From the NCBI GenBank assembly GCA_026397175.1, contig JAPLVK010000013.1:8232-72231 (forward strand): 64,000 bases of DNA, read 5' to 3'. Source of the DNA: Candidatus Berkelbacteria bacterium (GTDB lineage Bacteria; Patescibacteriota; UBA1384; DTJR01). The translations under genes and the position numbers were made by a program. The notes under the pieces were generated by a model. The model was given only the letters and a program-made list of their open reading frames with translations. It did not search any database and had not been told where the DNA came from. Below are positions 40,572-50,960 of this stretch, piece after piece (positions within the stretch are counted from its first letter, which is position 1; every line of letters starts with the position of its first letter).

Positions 40572-41385
40572 GAAACTTACTTCAGGAAAAATTTACGAGA
40601 CATTCGAGGATAGGCGCGGTCTTAAAAAAAAGGCCCCGATTAAATCATTGTCTAAAATTTTAAAAAACCATGCCGGACGCGATGATTTAGGGCATGTTAG
40701 CACAAGACATCAAGGTGGCAGATCCAAAAGAAAATTCCGTCAAATTTCAACATTGGATGAGTTTTTTCCAACAGATGCCGAGGTAATGTCAATCGAATAT
40801 GATCCGAATAGATCAGCGAATATTGCATTGGTAAAGTTGAAAAATGGAAAAAAAAGGTATATAATTGCCCCCGACAAGCTAAGGACTTCAGATGTAGTAA
40901 AATCAACTGATTCCTCGATGTTGAAAAATGGAGATAGGGCAAGGTTAAGGAATATTCCCACCGGATCATCTGTTCATAATATTCAAATGTATCCGGAGTC
41001 AAAGTCATCTTTTGCAAAAGCGGCGGGAACATATGCAACCCTGATGGCGATTGAAAATAAGTATGCGCTTTTAAAATTGCCGTCAGGTGAGTTAAGAAGG
41101 GTTAACGAAGAATGTTTCGCCAGTTGCGGGCAGGTTTCAAATATCGAACATGGCAATATAAGAATCGGAAAAGCAGGAAGATCAAGAAGAATGGGAATAA
41201 GACCATCGGTTAGAGGAAAAGCGATGTATCCCGAAGCCCATCCGCATGGTGGTGGAGAAGGTGTTAATCCGATCGGGCTAAAATATCCGAAGACACCATG
41301 GGGTAAAAACGCAATGGGTAAGAAAACCAGAAGAAATCGCCTAACCGGTAAGTTTATTATTAAAAAAGGCACAAAAAAGAGGTAA
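40555..41385 (+). CDS. rplB: 50S ribosomal protein L2
   Basis: conserved L2 sequence. Confidence 0.95.
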   Translation: MLKTVKKLTSGKIYETFEDRRGLKKKAPIKSLSKILKNHAGRDDLGHVSTRHQGGRSKRKFRQISTLDEFFPTDAEVMSIEYDPNRSANIALVKLKNGKKRYIIAPDKLRTSDVVKSTDSSMLKNGDRARLRNIPTGSSVHNIQMYPESKSSFAKAAGTYATLMAIENKYALLKLPSGELRRVNEECFASCGQVSNIEHGNIRIGKAGRSRRMGIRPSVRGKAMYPEAHPHGGGEGVNPIGLKYPKTPWGKNAMGKKTRRNRLTGKFIIKKGTKKR

Positions 41386-41387
41386 AA

Positions 41388-41738
41388 ATGTCAAGATCGC
41401 TAAAAAAAGAACCATTTGTTGACGCAAAGTTACTCGAAAAAATTAAAAAAATCGGGAAAAATTCCCCAATTAAAACCTGGGCAAGAGCGTCTATGATTAC
41501 ACCGGAAATGGTTGGTATTACATTTTTAGTTCATAACGGTAAAGAACATTTACAGGTTAAAGTAGTCGAGGAAATGGTGGGGCATCGTTTAGGAGAGTTT
41601 TCCCCGACCAGAAAATTCAAGAGGCATGGTGGAAGAATGGCCAAAGAGCAAGAGCAGGAACAATCATCAAAGACATCAAGTTCAGCACCTAGTGTCTCTG
41701 GAAATAATGGGGACAAAGATAAAAAGGAAAGTAAATGA
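41388..41738 (+). CDS. rpsS: 30S ribosomal protein S19 with a C-terminal extension
   Basis: conserved S19 sequence. Confidence 0.93.
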   Translation: MSRSLKKEPFVDAKLLEKIKKIGKNSPIKTWARASMITPEMVGITFLVHNGKEHLQVKVVEEMVGHRLGEFSPTRKFKRHGGRMAKEQEQEQSSKTSSSAPSVSGNNGDKDKKESK

Positions 41739-42148
41739 AGATAGTTACAGTTTCGCTTAGAGAACAATCAATAAGCCCCAAAAAAGCTCGTCTTGTAATG
41801 AATTATATTAAGAATACACCAGCAGAAAAGGGCTTAGTCATGTTGAAAAATTTAAACAAAAAAACCGCAAAGTTAGCTTATAATCTTTTAAAAAGTGGTG
41901 TTGATGCTGCGCAAAAAAAGGACTTTCAGCTTAATGATCTGGTTATAACCGAGTCGATTGCACAGGATGGAAGAAGGATGAAAAGATTTTACATAAGAGC
42001 GCGTGGCCGATCAGCTGTATTTCACAAAAGAACCGTTCACTTAAAAATATCCTTATCAAACAAAGCTGCACCCAAAATAGAAGAAAAAGCAAAAAAAGAT
42101 AATAGAAAAACGGATAAAATGAAAGAAAAAGGAATCACCAATGGGTAA
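41735..42148 (+). CDS. rplV: 50S ribosomal protein L22
   Basis: conserved L22 sequence. Confidence 0.9.
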   Translation: MKIVTVSLREQSISPKKARLVMNYIKNTPAEKGLVMLKNLNKKTAKLAYNLLKSGVDAAQKKDFQLNDLVITESIAQDGRRMKRFYIRARGRSAVFHKRTVHLKISLSNKAAPKIEEKAKKDNRKTDKMKEKGITNG

Positions 42149-42773
42149 AAAAATTAATCCAATCGTTTTTCGACTGGGGCTTTATAACAACTGGAAAAGC
42201 AGATGGTTTGCCAAGGGAAGTGATTTTGCTAGATTTTTGCTTGAGGATTATAATATCCGCGAGGCAATTAAATCGAAGATGGGGCCACAAGCCGCAATCT
42301 CTGAAATAATAATAGAAAGAGGAATCGGCCGACTGGATATTACTATTTTTACCGCCAGACCAGGTGTCTTAATCGGAAGGGGTGGAAAACAGCTCGAGAC
42401 ATTACGGGAGGAATTGGTTAAAATGATTGGGAAAAAGTTTAAACTTGAAATTGTAGAAGTTAAAAAGGCCGACTTAAACGCGTCTGTTGTTGCACAAACC
42501 ATCGGAATGCAAATATCAAAAAGAATGCCGTTTAGAAGGGCAGTAAAACAGGCATTGCAAAGATCGGTTGATGCGGGAGCAAAAGGAGTGATGATCAGAG
42601 TGGCCGGACGCCTTGATGGAGCAGAAATCTCGAGATCAGAGTCATACAAAAATGGTTCCATACCACTTTCAACTTTAAGGGCAGATATTGATTTCGCTGC
42701 ATATGGAGCAAAAACAACTTTCGGAATCATTGGAATAAAGGTCTGGATTAATCTTGGAGAAAAGGCGAAATAA
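42141..42773 (+). CDS. rpsC: 30S ribosomal protein S3
   Basis: conserved S3 sequence. Confidence 0.95.
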   Translation: MGKKINPIVFRLGLYNNWKSRWFAKGSDFARFLLEDYNIREAIKSKMGPQAAISEIIIERGIGRLDITIFTARPGVLIGRGGKQLETLREELVKMIGKKFKLEIVEVKKADLNASVVAQTIGMQISKRMPFRRAVKQALQRSVDAGAKGVMIRVAGRLDGAEISRSESYKNGSIPLSTLRADIDFAAYGAKTTFGIIGIKVWINLGEKAK

Positions 42774-43180
42774 TGCTGATCCCAAGAAAACTCAAACACA
42801 GAAAACACTTTAGAGGTAAAATGCCCGGCGTTGATGTAAAAGGCAGCAATATTAATTTTGGAAGATTTGCCCTGAAAAGTTTAGAGAGAAATTGGCTCAC
42901 TTCAAGACAGATAGAGGCCGCAAGACGCGCAATGACGAGATATTGCAAGCGAGGGGGGAAAATCTGGGTTAGGGTTTTTCCGGACAGAGTCGTTACGCAA
43001 ACAGCAAATGAAGTCGGAATGGGTGGAGGCAAGGGTGCACCCGATCATTTCGTTGCGGTGGTTCGACCCGGCAGAATAATTTTTGAAATGGACGGGGTAA
43101 CCAGAGAAGTCGCTGACGAGGCAATGAAATTAGGTGCAAGCAAGCTTCCGGTTAAAACAATATTTTTAGAAAAGAATTAA
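42773..43180 (+). CDS. rplP: 50S ribosomal protein L16
   Basis: conserved L16 sequence. Confidence 0.95.
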   Translation: MLIPRKLKHRKHFRGKMPGVDVKGSNINFGRFALKSLERNWLTSRQIEAARRAMTRYCKRGGKIWVRVFPDRVVTQTANEVGMGGGKGAPDHFVAVVRPGRIIFEMDGVTREVADEAMKLGASKLPVKTIFLEKN

Positions 43181-43181
43181 A

Positions 43182-43415
43182 ATGAAAAAAACCGAATTGG
43201 AAACAATCAGGAAAATGAACATACCCGATATATCTTTAGATAGATCAAGGTTGTTTAATGATCTTATAAACGAAAAAGCAAAAATCGCGCAAAGCGGTCA
43301 AAAAAATTCAAAAACAATTCGCGATTTAAAAAAGAAAATTGCATGGGAAGAAACAGTAATGTTCGAGAAAGTTACGGAAGAATCGTTAAAACAAGAGGTA
43401 AAACATGTCAAGTAA
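43182..43415 (+). CDS. rpmC: 50S ribosomal protein L29
   Basis: conserved L29 sequence. Confidence 0.85.
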   Translation: MKKTELETIRKMNIPDISLDRSRLFNDLINEKAKIAQSGQKNSKTIRDLKKKIAWEETVMFEKVTEESLKQEVKHVK

Positions 43416-43644
43416 AAAAATTATTGGAAGTGTTGTTTCAAAGTTCGATAAAACAATTGTGATTTTAAATCAATTTACTTCGAAGCATCCGAAATATCAA
43501 AAAATAGTTAAAATTAACAAGAAGTTTATGGCTCACAATGAAAATTTTGAGATCAATATTGGAGATAGTGTCGAAATTACCGAGACAAGTCCAATTTCAA
43601 AAAGAAAAACATGGAAAGTCAGTAAAATAATTCCTCAAAAATGA
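43405..43644 (+). CDS. rpsQ: 30S ribosomal protein S17
   Basis: conserved S17 sequence. Confidence 0.9.
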   Translation: MSSKKIIGSVVSKFDKTIVILNQFTSKHPKYQKIVKINKKFMAHNENFEINIGDSVEITETSPISKRKTWKVSKIIPQK

Positions 43645-44009
43645 TACAACAAATAACAAGATTAAAAGTTGCTGACAATACCGGTGCCAAAGAAGTTGGG
43701 TGCATCCGGGTTATTGGAAGATCCAAAAAAACAACTGCAGGAGTTGGAGATATCGTTGTTGTGTCTGTTAAAACAGCTACTCCGAGAGGAATTGTTAAAA
43801 AGAAGGAAGTGCATAGAGCGGTTGTAGTAAGGCAAAAAAAGAATCTTAGGAGAAAAGATGGATCAACCGTGAGGTTTGACGAAAATGCGGTTGTTTTGAT
43901 AAACACCGATAAAACACCCAAAGGAACAAGAATTTTCGGGCCTATTGCCAGAGAATTACGGGATTTGGGTTATATGAAAATAATTTCGATGGCTCAAGAG
44001 GTATTATAA
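43641..44009 (+). CDS. rplN: 50S ribosomal protein L14
   Basis: conserved L14 sequence. Confidence 0.95.
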   Translation: MIQQITRLKVADNTGAKEVGCIRVIGRSKKTTAGVGDIVVVSVKTATPRGIVKKKEVHRAVVVRQKKNLRRKDGSTVRFDENAVVLINTDKTPKGTRIFGPIARELRDLGYMKIISMAQEVL

Positions 44010-44010
44010 A

Positions 44011-44337
44011 ATGAAAAAATTTAAAATCAAAAAGGGAGACACTGTATTGGTGGGGACCGGTAAAGAACGAGGAAAAACCGGTAAGGTTGTTACGATTTTA
44101 ACAAAATCCGATCGCGCGATCGTGGAGGGTTTAAATATTTATAAGAAACACGCAAAACCATCCAAGAAATATCCACAAGGTGGAATTATGGATGTTAATT
44201 CCCCCATAAAAATCGATAACTTGACTGTTATTTGCCCGGGTTGCAAAAAAGCATCAAGAATAAAGATGAAAAACACCGGTCGTGAAAAAAGAAGAGTTTG
44301 CGTAAAATGCGGAGAGGTATCAGATGCGACTTTGTGA
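44011..44337 (+). CDS. rplX: 50S ribosomal protein L24 with a C-terminal CxxC...CxxC zinc-ribbon
   Basis: KOW motif KKGDTVLVGTGKERGKTGKV; C-terminus ICPGC...VCVKCGE. Confidence 0.9.
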   Translation: MKKFKIKKGDTVLVGTGKERGKTGKVVTILTKSDRAIVEGLNIYKKHAKPSKKYPQGGIMDVNSPIKIDNLTVICPGCKKASRIKMKNTGREKRRVCVKCGEVSDATL

Positions 44338-44857
44338 AAAAATACAAAAAAATATTTTACCGGCCCTTGGAAAAGATAAGGGAACTTCGATAATGGCTTT
44401 GCCCCATTTGGACAAGATAATTGTTACTGTTGGCATCGGACCATATAGAGAGCAAAAAGATGTTATCGAAATAATCAAAAAAGAATTATCTGCTGTGACC
44501 GGACAAATTCCAAAATTTTCATGTGCCAAAAAATCGATTTCAGGGTTTAAACTTAGGGAGGGTCAAACAGTGGGTTTTGTCGTCACCTTAAGGGGACAGA
44601 AAATGTGGGATTTTGTCGAAAAAATTATTATGGTTGTTCTGCCCAGAATGCGTGACTTTGATGGAATCAAAATAACAAGTTTTGACAAAAATAATAATTT
44701 GACATTTTCCATCAGAGAGCAGTTAATGTTTCCTGAAATCAAGGCCGATGATGTCAAAAATATTTGGGGAATGGGTATTACACTTTCGATCAAGAACGCC
44801 AGCGATAAGGACTTGACGATTGAATACCTTAAACAAATCGGATTTATTTTTAAATAG
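44324..44857 (+). CDS. rplE: 50S ribosomal protein L5
   Basis: conserved L5 sequence. Confidence 0.93.
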   Translation: MRLCEKIQKNILPALGKDKGTSIMALPHLDKIIVTVGIGPYREQKDVIEIIKKELSAVTGQIPKFSCAKKSISGFKLREGQTVGFVVTLRGQKMWDFVEKIIMVVLPRMRDFDGIKITSFDKNNNLTFSIREQLMFPEIKADDVKNIWGMGITLSIKNASDKDLTIEYLKQIGFIFK

Positions 44858-44864
44858 GAGATTT

Positions 44865-45050
44865 ATGGCGAGAAAAGCATTAATAGAAAAAGCAAAAAGG
44901 AAACCCAAATTTTCTTCAAGAAAAATAAGAAGATGTGGAAAATGCGGTCGTCCAAGAGGGTTTATCCGAGAATTTGGGATTTGCAGGATTTGTTTTAGGG
45001 AGTTAGCCAATAAAGGTGAGATTCCAGGTGTAATAAAATCTTCATGGTGA
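44865..45050 (+). CDS. rpsZ: 30S ribosomal protein S14, type Z (zinc-binding, 61 aa)
   Basis: [20 protein letters not shown]...CGKCGRPRG...CRIC; SD AGGAG. Confidence 0.9.
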   Translation: MARKALIEKAKRKPKFSSRKIRRCGKCGRPRGFIREFGICRICFRELANKGEIPGVIKSSW

Positions 45051-45054
45051 TATT

Positions 45055-45432
45055 ATGACAGATACAATTTCGGATTTAATAATTAGGGTCTCAAATGCTA
45101 GGATGGCAGGCCTAAAGTCAGTTTATATTCCTTATTCAACGGCAAAAGAGGCCTTGCTTAAGGTTTTGAAATCGGAAGGATATGTTGGGAATATCGTTTG
45201 CGACAAAGAAAAAAGATCAATTATTGTCGATTTATCGGAGACCCCCAAAATATTCGAGAAGATAAAGAGAGTTAGCAAGCCCGGGAAAAGAGTTTATGTC
45301 AAAAACCGAAATATTCCAAGGCCCAAGGGTGGTTTTGGCATAGTTATTCTTTCAACGCCATTGGGCATTTTAAGCGGTAACAAAGCAAGACGGATCGGTG
45401 TTGGTGGAGAAATAATTTGCGAGGTATTTTAA
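45055..45432 (+). CDS. rpsH: 30S ribosomal protein S8
   Basis: conserved S8 sequence. Confidence 0.93.
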   Translation: MTDTISDLIIRVSNARMAGLKSVYIPYSTAKEALLKVLKSEGYVGNIVCDKEKRSIIVDLSETPKIFEKIKRVSKPGKRVYVKNRNIPRPKGGFGIVILSTPLGILSGNKARRIGVGGEIICEVF

Positions 45433-45983
45433 TGAGCAGAATAGGAAGCAAAATAATTGTGATTCCGGAAGATGTTAAGGTCTCGCAAAACGAGCACTCT
45501 GTTTGCGTGGAACATAATTCAAACAAGATGGTTGTTGAAATTCATCCTTTCGTTGAGGTTAAAATTGATGGTAGCACAGTCAGTGTTACAAGAAAAAACG
45601 ACAGTCCACTAGCTAGGTCTCTACATGGTTTAACCAGAACCCTAATAAATAATGCGATTGTTGGCCTAAAGGATGGATTTGAAAAAAAACTGGAAATTAT
45701 TGGAGTTGGCTATCGCGCAAATGTCGAGGGAGATGTTTTAAATTTAAAAGTGGGATTTTCACACGAGATAAAGATATCAGCCCCCCAAGGAATTGTATTT
45801 GAAGTTAAGAAAAACACAATTATTATAAAGGGATACGACAAACAACTCGTTGGTCAAATGGCAGCTCAAATACGCGATGAAAAAAAACCTGAACCGTATA
45901 AAGGAAAGGGTATAAAATACGAAGGGGAGAAGATAATTAGAAAAATTGGAAAAGCCGTTAAAGGATCAACCACAGGAGCTTAA
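45417..45983 (+). CDS. rplF: 50S ribosomal protein L6
   Basis: conserved L6 sequence. Confidence 0.93.
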   Translation: MRGILMSRIGSKIIVIPEDVKVSQNEHSVCVEHNSNKMVVEIHPFVEVKIDGSTVSVTRKNDSPLARSLHGLTRTLINNAIVGLKDGFEKKLEIIGVGYRANVEGDVLNLKVGFSHEIKISAPQGIVFEVKKNTIIIKGYDKQLVGQMAAQIRDEKKPEPYKGKGIKYEGEKIIRKIGKAVKGSTTGA

Positions 45984-46259
45984 ATGAAAGATGAAAGAGC
46001 AAAACTAAAAGTTATGAGATCATTAAATGGGATTAACGCCCAGCTGATTTATGATAGCAAAACAGTTGTTGGGCGATATTTTAAGAATAAAAAAGGTGAA
46101 AAGCCGTCCGATCAATCGTTTAAATTTGGCGAAACATTTGGTGAGTTGATTCAAAAAAATGATTTTAATAAAATTTCCTTTGATCGCGGAAAATCACATT
46201 ACCATGGTCGGGTAAAAATGTTTGCAGAAGGATTAAGAAAATCCGGAATTCAATTTTGA
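45984..46259 (+). CDS. rplR: 50S ribosomal protein L18 (short)
   Basis: conserved L18 sequence. Confidence 0.85.
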   Translation: MKDERAKLKVMRSLNGINAQLIYDSKTVVGRYFKNKKGEKPSDQSFKFGETFGELIQKNDFNKISFDRGKSHYHGRVKMFAEGLRKSGIQF

Positions 46260-46266
46260 GGTAAAA

Positions 46267-46719
46267 ATGAAAGAAATAAGAGACAAAACATACGAAGAAA
46301 AAGTTGTTGAGATAAAGAGAGTTAGCCGTACCGTAAAGGGCGGTAAAAGAATTAGTTTCAGGGCTTTGGTTATTGTTGGTGACAAAAACGGAAAAGTTGG
46401 GCTTGGTACGGGAAAAGCGGCAGAGGTCTCGGTTGCTATAAAAAAAGCGAACAATCAAGCCAGAAAAAAACTTCATCTGATAAGAATTAACGAGAAAGGC
46501 ACAATTCTTAAAGAGGTTTTGTATAGATATGGTTCGACCAAAATTATTTTAAGGCCGGCACCCGAAGGCACTTCAATTATTGCTGGCGGAGTAATCAGGA
46601 CTGTAGCCGAACTAGCGGGTGTAAAAAATCTTGTTACAAAATCAATCGGTTCAAACAATAAACTAAATATGGCAAAAGCGGCTATATTCGGACTCTTAAA
46701 GGCAGGCGAAAATGTCTAA
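46267..46719 (+). CDS. rpsE: 30S ribosomal protein S5
   Basis: conserved S5 sequence. Confidence 0.95.
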   Translation: MKEIRDKTYEEKVVEIKRVSRTVKGGKRISFRALVIVGDKNGKVGLGTGKAAEVSVAIKKANNQARKKLHLIRINEKGTILKEVLYRYGSTKIILRPAPEGTSIIAGGVIRTVAELAGVKNLVTKSIGSNNKLNMAKAAIFGLLKAGENV

Positions 46720-47122
46720 AATAATTTTGACAAAAATCATTACAAGTAAAAAAAGGGTCGGTAGGGGACCCGGGTCGGGAAAAGGGAAAACTTCAGGCCG
46801 AGGAATGAATGGTCAAAAATGCAGAACCGGGGCGTCAACATTGTTTAAAGAAGGCGGCCAAACAAGTTTTATTATGCGATTACCCAAGGCCCGGGGCTTT
46901 AAGCCATCACATAACGATCGATTAGTTGTAAGCGAAAACCAACTTAAGAAATTATTTAAAAGTGGAGAAACGGTAAGCAAGGGAGATGTTCTCGAGAGAA
47001 TGAAATTAACTGAAAAATTTAAAGAAATTAAAATTATCTCATCCGGTAATGAGCAGATTGATTTTAAATTTTCTGATGATATTATTTTGAGCAAAGGTGT
47101 TTTGGAAAAAATTAAAAAATAA
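46712..47122 (+). CDS. rplO: 50S ribosomal protein L15; no rpmD (L30) between S5 and L15
   Basis: [15 protein letters not shown]. Confidence 0.93.
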   Translation: MSKIILTKIITSKKRVGRGPGSGKGKTSGRGMNGQKCRTGASTLFKEGGQTSFIMRLPKARGFKPSHNDRLVVSENQLKKLFKSGETVSKGDVLERMKLTEKFKEIKIISSGNEQIDFKFSDDIILSKGVLEKIKK

Positions 47123-48402
47123 TGACATCTCAAGCGAATATCTTAAAAAGGATATTTACCCTAAAAGATCTACGAGATAAGCTAATCTTTACTGCTATTA
47201 TTATTTTAATTTACCGTCTGTTGGCCCATATCCCTTTGCCCGGTGTAGATACAACCGGACTTAGCAACTTTTTCCAGAGCAATCAGGTCTTGGGAATGCT
47301 GGACATGTTTTCGGGTGGTTCTATCTCGAGATTTTCCCTTGTAATGCTTGGGGTCGGTCCATATATAACGGCCTCTATCGTAATTCAACTTTTAACGGTT
47401 GCCGTTCCGGCACTTGAAGAACTTCAGAAAGAAGGGGAATACGGAAAACAAAAAATCAATCAATACACACGGTATTTGTCAGTTCCACTAGCCATCATTG
47501 AGTCATTTGGGCTAATTCGTGTTTTGCAAAGTCAAAATGTAATCGGGCAATTAGATCCTTTAAATATGGCCTTGATTATTTTTACGGCAACAGCTGGCAC
47601 GGTTCTGGCAATGTGGCTTGGGGAGCTTTTATCCGAAAGAGGAATTGGTAACGGATTGTCACTTATAATTGCGGTGGGTATTATATCCGGTCTTCCCTCG
47701 CAAATTGCAGCAACAGCGCAAGTCGTTCAAAGCAGGGTCTTTGTTGGACTGGAGATGGCCGTTGCGTTTACTTTGATGATTGCATTTATTGTATTTGTAA
47801 ATGAGGGAGAAAGACGACTTCCGGTGAGTTATGCAAGAAGAATCAGGGCCGGAAGGTCACTTGGAACAATCGATTCATTTCTACCTATCAAGGCAAATGC
47901 GGCCGGCGTTATTCCAATCATATTTGCAACAAGTATTTTAGTCGTGCCGGGCGTGATTGCTCAATTTTTACAATCATCCGGCTCCGAGAAAATCAAGGCG
48001 TTTGCGACCTCTATGTCTCAATTTTTATCAAACGAAATCATCTACGGAGTAATTTTCTTTTTACTGGTTTTTTTCTTTACCTTTTTTTATACATCGATAA
48101 TTTTTCAACCAAAACAAATTGCCGAAAATTTACAAAAACAAGGTGGATTTATCCCCGGGATAAGGCCAGGCACCCAGACATCCGATCACTTGAGAAGTGT
48201 CATTTACAAAATTACATTTGCGGGTGCTTTCTTTCTTGCGGTCATCGCATTGTTCCCGTTTGTTTTGCAAAATGCAACCGGGATTAGGACACTCGCTATC
48301 GGAGGAACTGGAATTTTGATTATTGTTTCCGTAACTTTGGAATTTGTCAGACAAGTGAAAGCACAATTGGCAATGCGATCTTACGACGATATCATTAAAT
48401 AA
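47122..48402 (+). CDS. secY: preprotein translocase subunit SecY
   Basis: 10 TM helices with conserved SecY sequence. Confidence 0.97.
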   Translation: MTSQANILKRIFTLKDLRDKLIFTAIIILIYRLLAHIPLPGVDTTGLSNFFQSNQVLGMLDMFSGGSISRFSLVMLGVGPYITASIVIQLLTVAVPALEELQKEGEYGKQKINQYTRYLSVPLAIIESFGLIRVLQSQNVIGQLDPLNMALIIFTATAGTVLAMWLGELLSERGIGNGLSLIIAVGIISGLPSQIAATAQVVQSRVFVGLEMAVAFTLMIAFIVFVNEGERRLPVSYARRIRAGRSLGTIDSFLPIKANAAGVIPIIFATSILVVPGVIAQFLQSSGSEKIKAFATSMSQFLSNEIIYGVIFFLLVFFFTFFYTSIIFQPKQIAENLQKQGGFIPGIRPGTQTSDHLRSVIYKITFAGAFFLAVIALFPFVLQNATGIRTLAIGGTGILIIVSVTLEFVRQVKAQLAMRSYDDIIK

Positions 48403-48404
48403 AA

Positions 48405-49154
48405 ATGATTACGATAAAGGATAAAAACGCAATAAGAGCAATGATTAAAGGCGGATCTATCGCAGCGTTTGTTTTGAGTCAAATTGAAAAGCAAGCCAAA
48501 CCTTCAGTTAAAACCATCGAACTCGACCAAATTGCGAGAAGGATTATCGCGGCCAGAGGCGCCGAACCTGCATTTTTAAACTACAATGGATTTCCGGGGG
48601 CAACTTGCATTTCAATTAATGACGAGGTAGTTCACGGAATTCCCGGACAACGCAAGCTGAAGAAAGGGGACTTGGTAAAAATTGACCTTGGCGTAAAGTT
48701 TGATGGATATAATACCGATACTGCAAAGTCATTTGTTGTGGGTAAACCAAACAATGACCAGCAAAACATCATAAGTGGGGTCTTGGAGGCATTGAATAAA
48801 ACCATACAGATCGCCAAGGATGGAGTTTATGTCGGTGATCTTGAAAATATGACAGGGACTGTTTTAAAATCATACAATCTTTCGCCGGTTATGCAATTGT
48901 CGGGGCATGGAATTGGAGAAAAACTCCATGAAGACCCGTCAATTAAAAGTGATGGCATTACGGGGAAAGGATCAATTTTAAAAGAAGGCATGGCCTTAGC
49001 GATTGAACCGATGGCGACATCCGGTATGCGAAAGGTTTATACCGCCAAGGATGGCTGGACAATCTTAAGCCAAGACGGATCGCTGGCCGCTCATTTCGAG
49101 CATACGATTTTAATTACGAAAGGACGCGCCAAAATATTGACACAATTAAGATAA
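48405..49154 (+). CDS. map: methionine aminopeptidase type I; follows secY directly with no adk
   Basis: metal-binding D/H/E residues in the conserved context. Confidence 0.93.
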   Translation: MITIKDKNAIRAMIKGGSIAAFVLSQIEKQAKPSVKTIELDQIARRIIAARGAEPAFLNYNGFPGATCISINDEVVHGIPGQRKLKKGDLVKIDLGVKFDGYNTDTAKSFVVGKPNNDQQNIISGVLEALNKTIQIAKDGVYVGDLENMTGTVLKSYNLSPVMQLSGHGIGEKLHEDPSIKSDGITGKGSILKEGMALAIEPMATSGMRKVYTAKDGWTILSQDGSLAAHFEHTILITKGRAKILTQLR

Positions 49155-49201
49155 AATGGTAATATATTTTTGTATCAATGTTATGATTGTGTAAGGGAAG
49201 A

Positions 49202-49450
49202 ATGCCGGACAAAGAAGTTATCGAAGTTGAAGGGGAAGTTAATGAGGCATTACCCAATGCTCTTTTTAAAATTTCGCTCGACTCCGGACAAGAAATATTG
49301 GGCCACTTAAGTGGAAAAATGAGAATTCACTACATTCGTCTTGTACCGGGGGATAGAGTGATTGTTGAATTTACCCCCTACGATTTAACAAAAGGAAGAA
49401 TAATTAAACGATTAGATCGAAATAGAAATGAAAGTAAGACCGTCAGTTAA
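49202..49450 (+). CDS. infA: translation initiation factor IF-1
   Basis: VIEVEGEV...; start chosen at MPDKEV. Confidence 0.85.
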   Translation: MPDKEVIEVEGEVNEALPNALFKISLDSGQEILGHLSGKMRIHYIRLVPGDRVIVEFTPYDLTKGRIIKRLDRNRNESKTVS

Positions 49451-49556
49451 AAAAATTTGTAATAAATGCAAGATCGTAAGACGTCGAGGGAAAAAATCGC
49501 CGACAAAAATTTATGTTGTTTGCGAGAACCCTAGACACAAACAAAGGCAAGGTTAA
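49428..49556 (+). CDS. rpmJ: 50S ribosomal protein L36 (42 aa, below the ORF-track cutoff)
   Basis: manual translation [42 protein letters not shown]. Confidence 0.9.
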   Translation: MKVRPSVKKICNKCKIVRRRGKKSPTKIYVVCENPRHKQRQG

Positions 49557-49557
49557 A

Positions 49558-49944
49558 ATGATAAGAATCGCCGGAGTTATGCTCCCAGAAAATAAACATT
49601 CCGTTATTGCTCTAACCTATATCGAGGGGATCGGGCTTTCGACTGCCAAAAAGATTTTAAAAACGGTTGGTGTTAGAGAGGATCAACGATTAAATAAAGT
49701 TGATCAGTTAAAAATTGAGCAAATAAGACAGATAGTTGAAAAACAGAATGTTGTTGAGGGCGATTTAAGGGTAGAGATTTCAAATAATATAAAACGACTA
49801 AAACTGATCAATGCATACAGGGGCTTGAGACACACCAAGAATTTACCGGTTAGAGGGCAGCGTACCAAAACAAATGCTCGTACAAAAAGAGGCAAAAAAA
49901 TTACAGTTGGATCTGGAAGAAAGAAAGCGGCAGAGAAAACATAA
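49558..49944 (+). CDS. rpsM: 30S ribosomal protein S13 (start trimmed to MIRIAGV)
   Basis: conserved S13 sequence. Confidence 0.9.
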   Translation: MIRIAGVMLPENKHSVIALTYIEGIGLSTAKKILKTVGVREDQRLNKVDQLKIEQIRQIVEKQNVVEGDLRVEISNNIKRLKLINAYRGLRHTKNLPVRGQRTKTNARTKRGKKITVGSGRKKAAEKT

Positions 49945-49957
49945 TCTTTGAATAACC

Positions 49958-50350
49958 ATGGTCAAAAAAAGTGTAAAATCAACAAAAAAGAAACAAATAA
50001 AGATTGTACCAAAAGCAGTTGTACATATCAATTCATCTTTTAATAATACCCTTATTTGCGCTGCGGACGAAAATGGAAATGTCTTTGCATGGTCTTCAAC
50101 CGGAAGGGCCGGGTTTAAGGGTACAAAAAAGTCAACACCTTTTGCTTCAACCCAAGCCGCAAAATTAATTATTGAAAAAATGCAGGAATCCCAGGTAGCA
50201 GAAATTCAGCTTTTTGTTGCGGGAGTCAGCTCCGGACGCGATGCGGCAATCCGTGCCTTTGGCCAAGCTGGATTTAGGGTAAGTAAAATAAAAGATATTA
50301 CACCACTACCGCACAACGGATGCAGACCAAAAAAACCGAGGAGGGTCTAA
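49958..50350 (+). CDS. rpsK: 30S ribosomal protein S11
   Basis: conserved S11 sequence. Confidence 0.95.
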   Translation: MVKKSVKSTKKKQIKIVPKAVVHINSSFNNTLICAADENGNVFAWSSTGRAGFKGTKKSTPFASTQAAKLIIEKMQESQVAEIQLFVAGVSSGRDAAIRAFGQAGFRVSKIKDITPLPHNGCRPKKPRRV

Positions 50351-50947
50351 ATGAAAAAACATTCAAATTGCAGAATATGTCGACGAGTAGGAGAAAAATT
50401 ATTTTTAAAAGGCGAAAAATGTAATTTGCCAAATTGTCCTGTTGCCAAGAGAAGCTATGCGCCAGGACAAACTGGGGCAAAACGAAATACAAGACGAGGA
50501 TCAGATTATTCCGTTCAACTTTTAGAGAAACAAAAGGCAAGAGCAATCTACGGCGTTTCGGAAAAACAAATGGCCAATTATTTTCACGAGGCAAGAAAAA
50601 CCAAAAGTGCAACCGGGGAAACATTAATGAAAATGCTTGAATCACGACTTGATAATGTTGTTTATCGATTAGGTTGGGCCGAATCAAGAGATCAGGCCAG
50701 ACAATTGGTTTCCCATGGAAAAATTTTACTAAACGATAAAAAAGTTAAAATTGCTTCCTTGCAAGTTAAAATTTCAGATAAAATTAGGACTTTAGCAAGG
50801 GACTATAATGAGAATAAACAAGAAATACCAAACTGGCTCAAAAAAGAAAAAAATAGTAGCGAGGGCGAGGTTATCGGGGAAGCAAAACTTGACGACACGG
50901 GTTACGCTATTAACGAGCAACTAATAATTGAATATTATTCAAGATAA
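50351..50947 (+). CDS. rpsD: 30S ribosomal protein S4 (zinc-finger form)
   Basis: conserved S4 sequence with a CRICRR...C...C cluster. Confidence 0.95.
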   Translation: MKKHSNCRICRRVGEKLFLKGEKCNLPNCPVAKRSYAPGQTGAKRNTRRGSDYSVQLLEKQKARAIYGVSEKQMANYFHEARKTKSATGETLMKMLESRLDNVVYRLGWAESRDQARQLVSHGKILLNDKKVKIASLQVKISDKIRTLARDYNENKQEIPNWLKKEKNSSEGEVIGEAKLDDTGYAINEQLIIEYYSR

Positions 50948-50960
50948 AATAGGAGACAAA

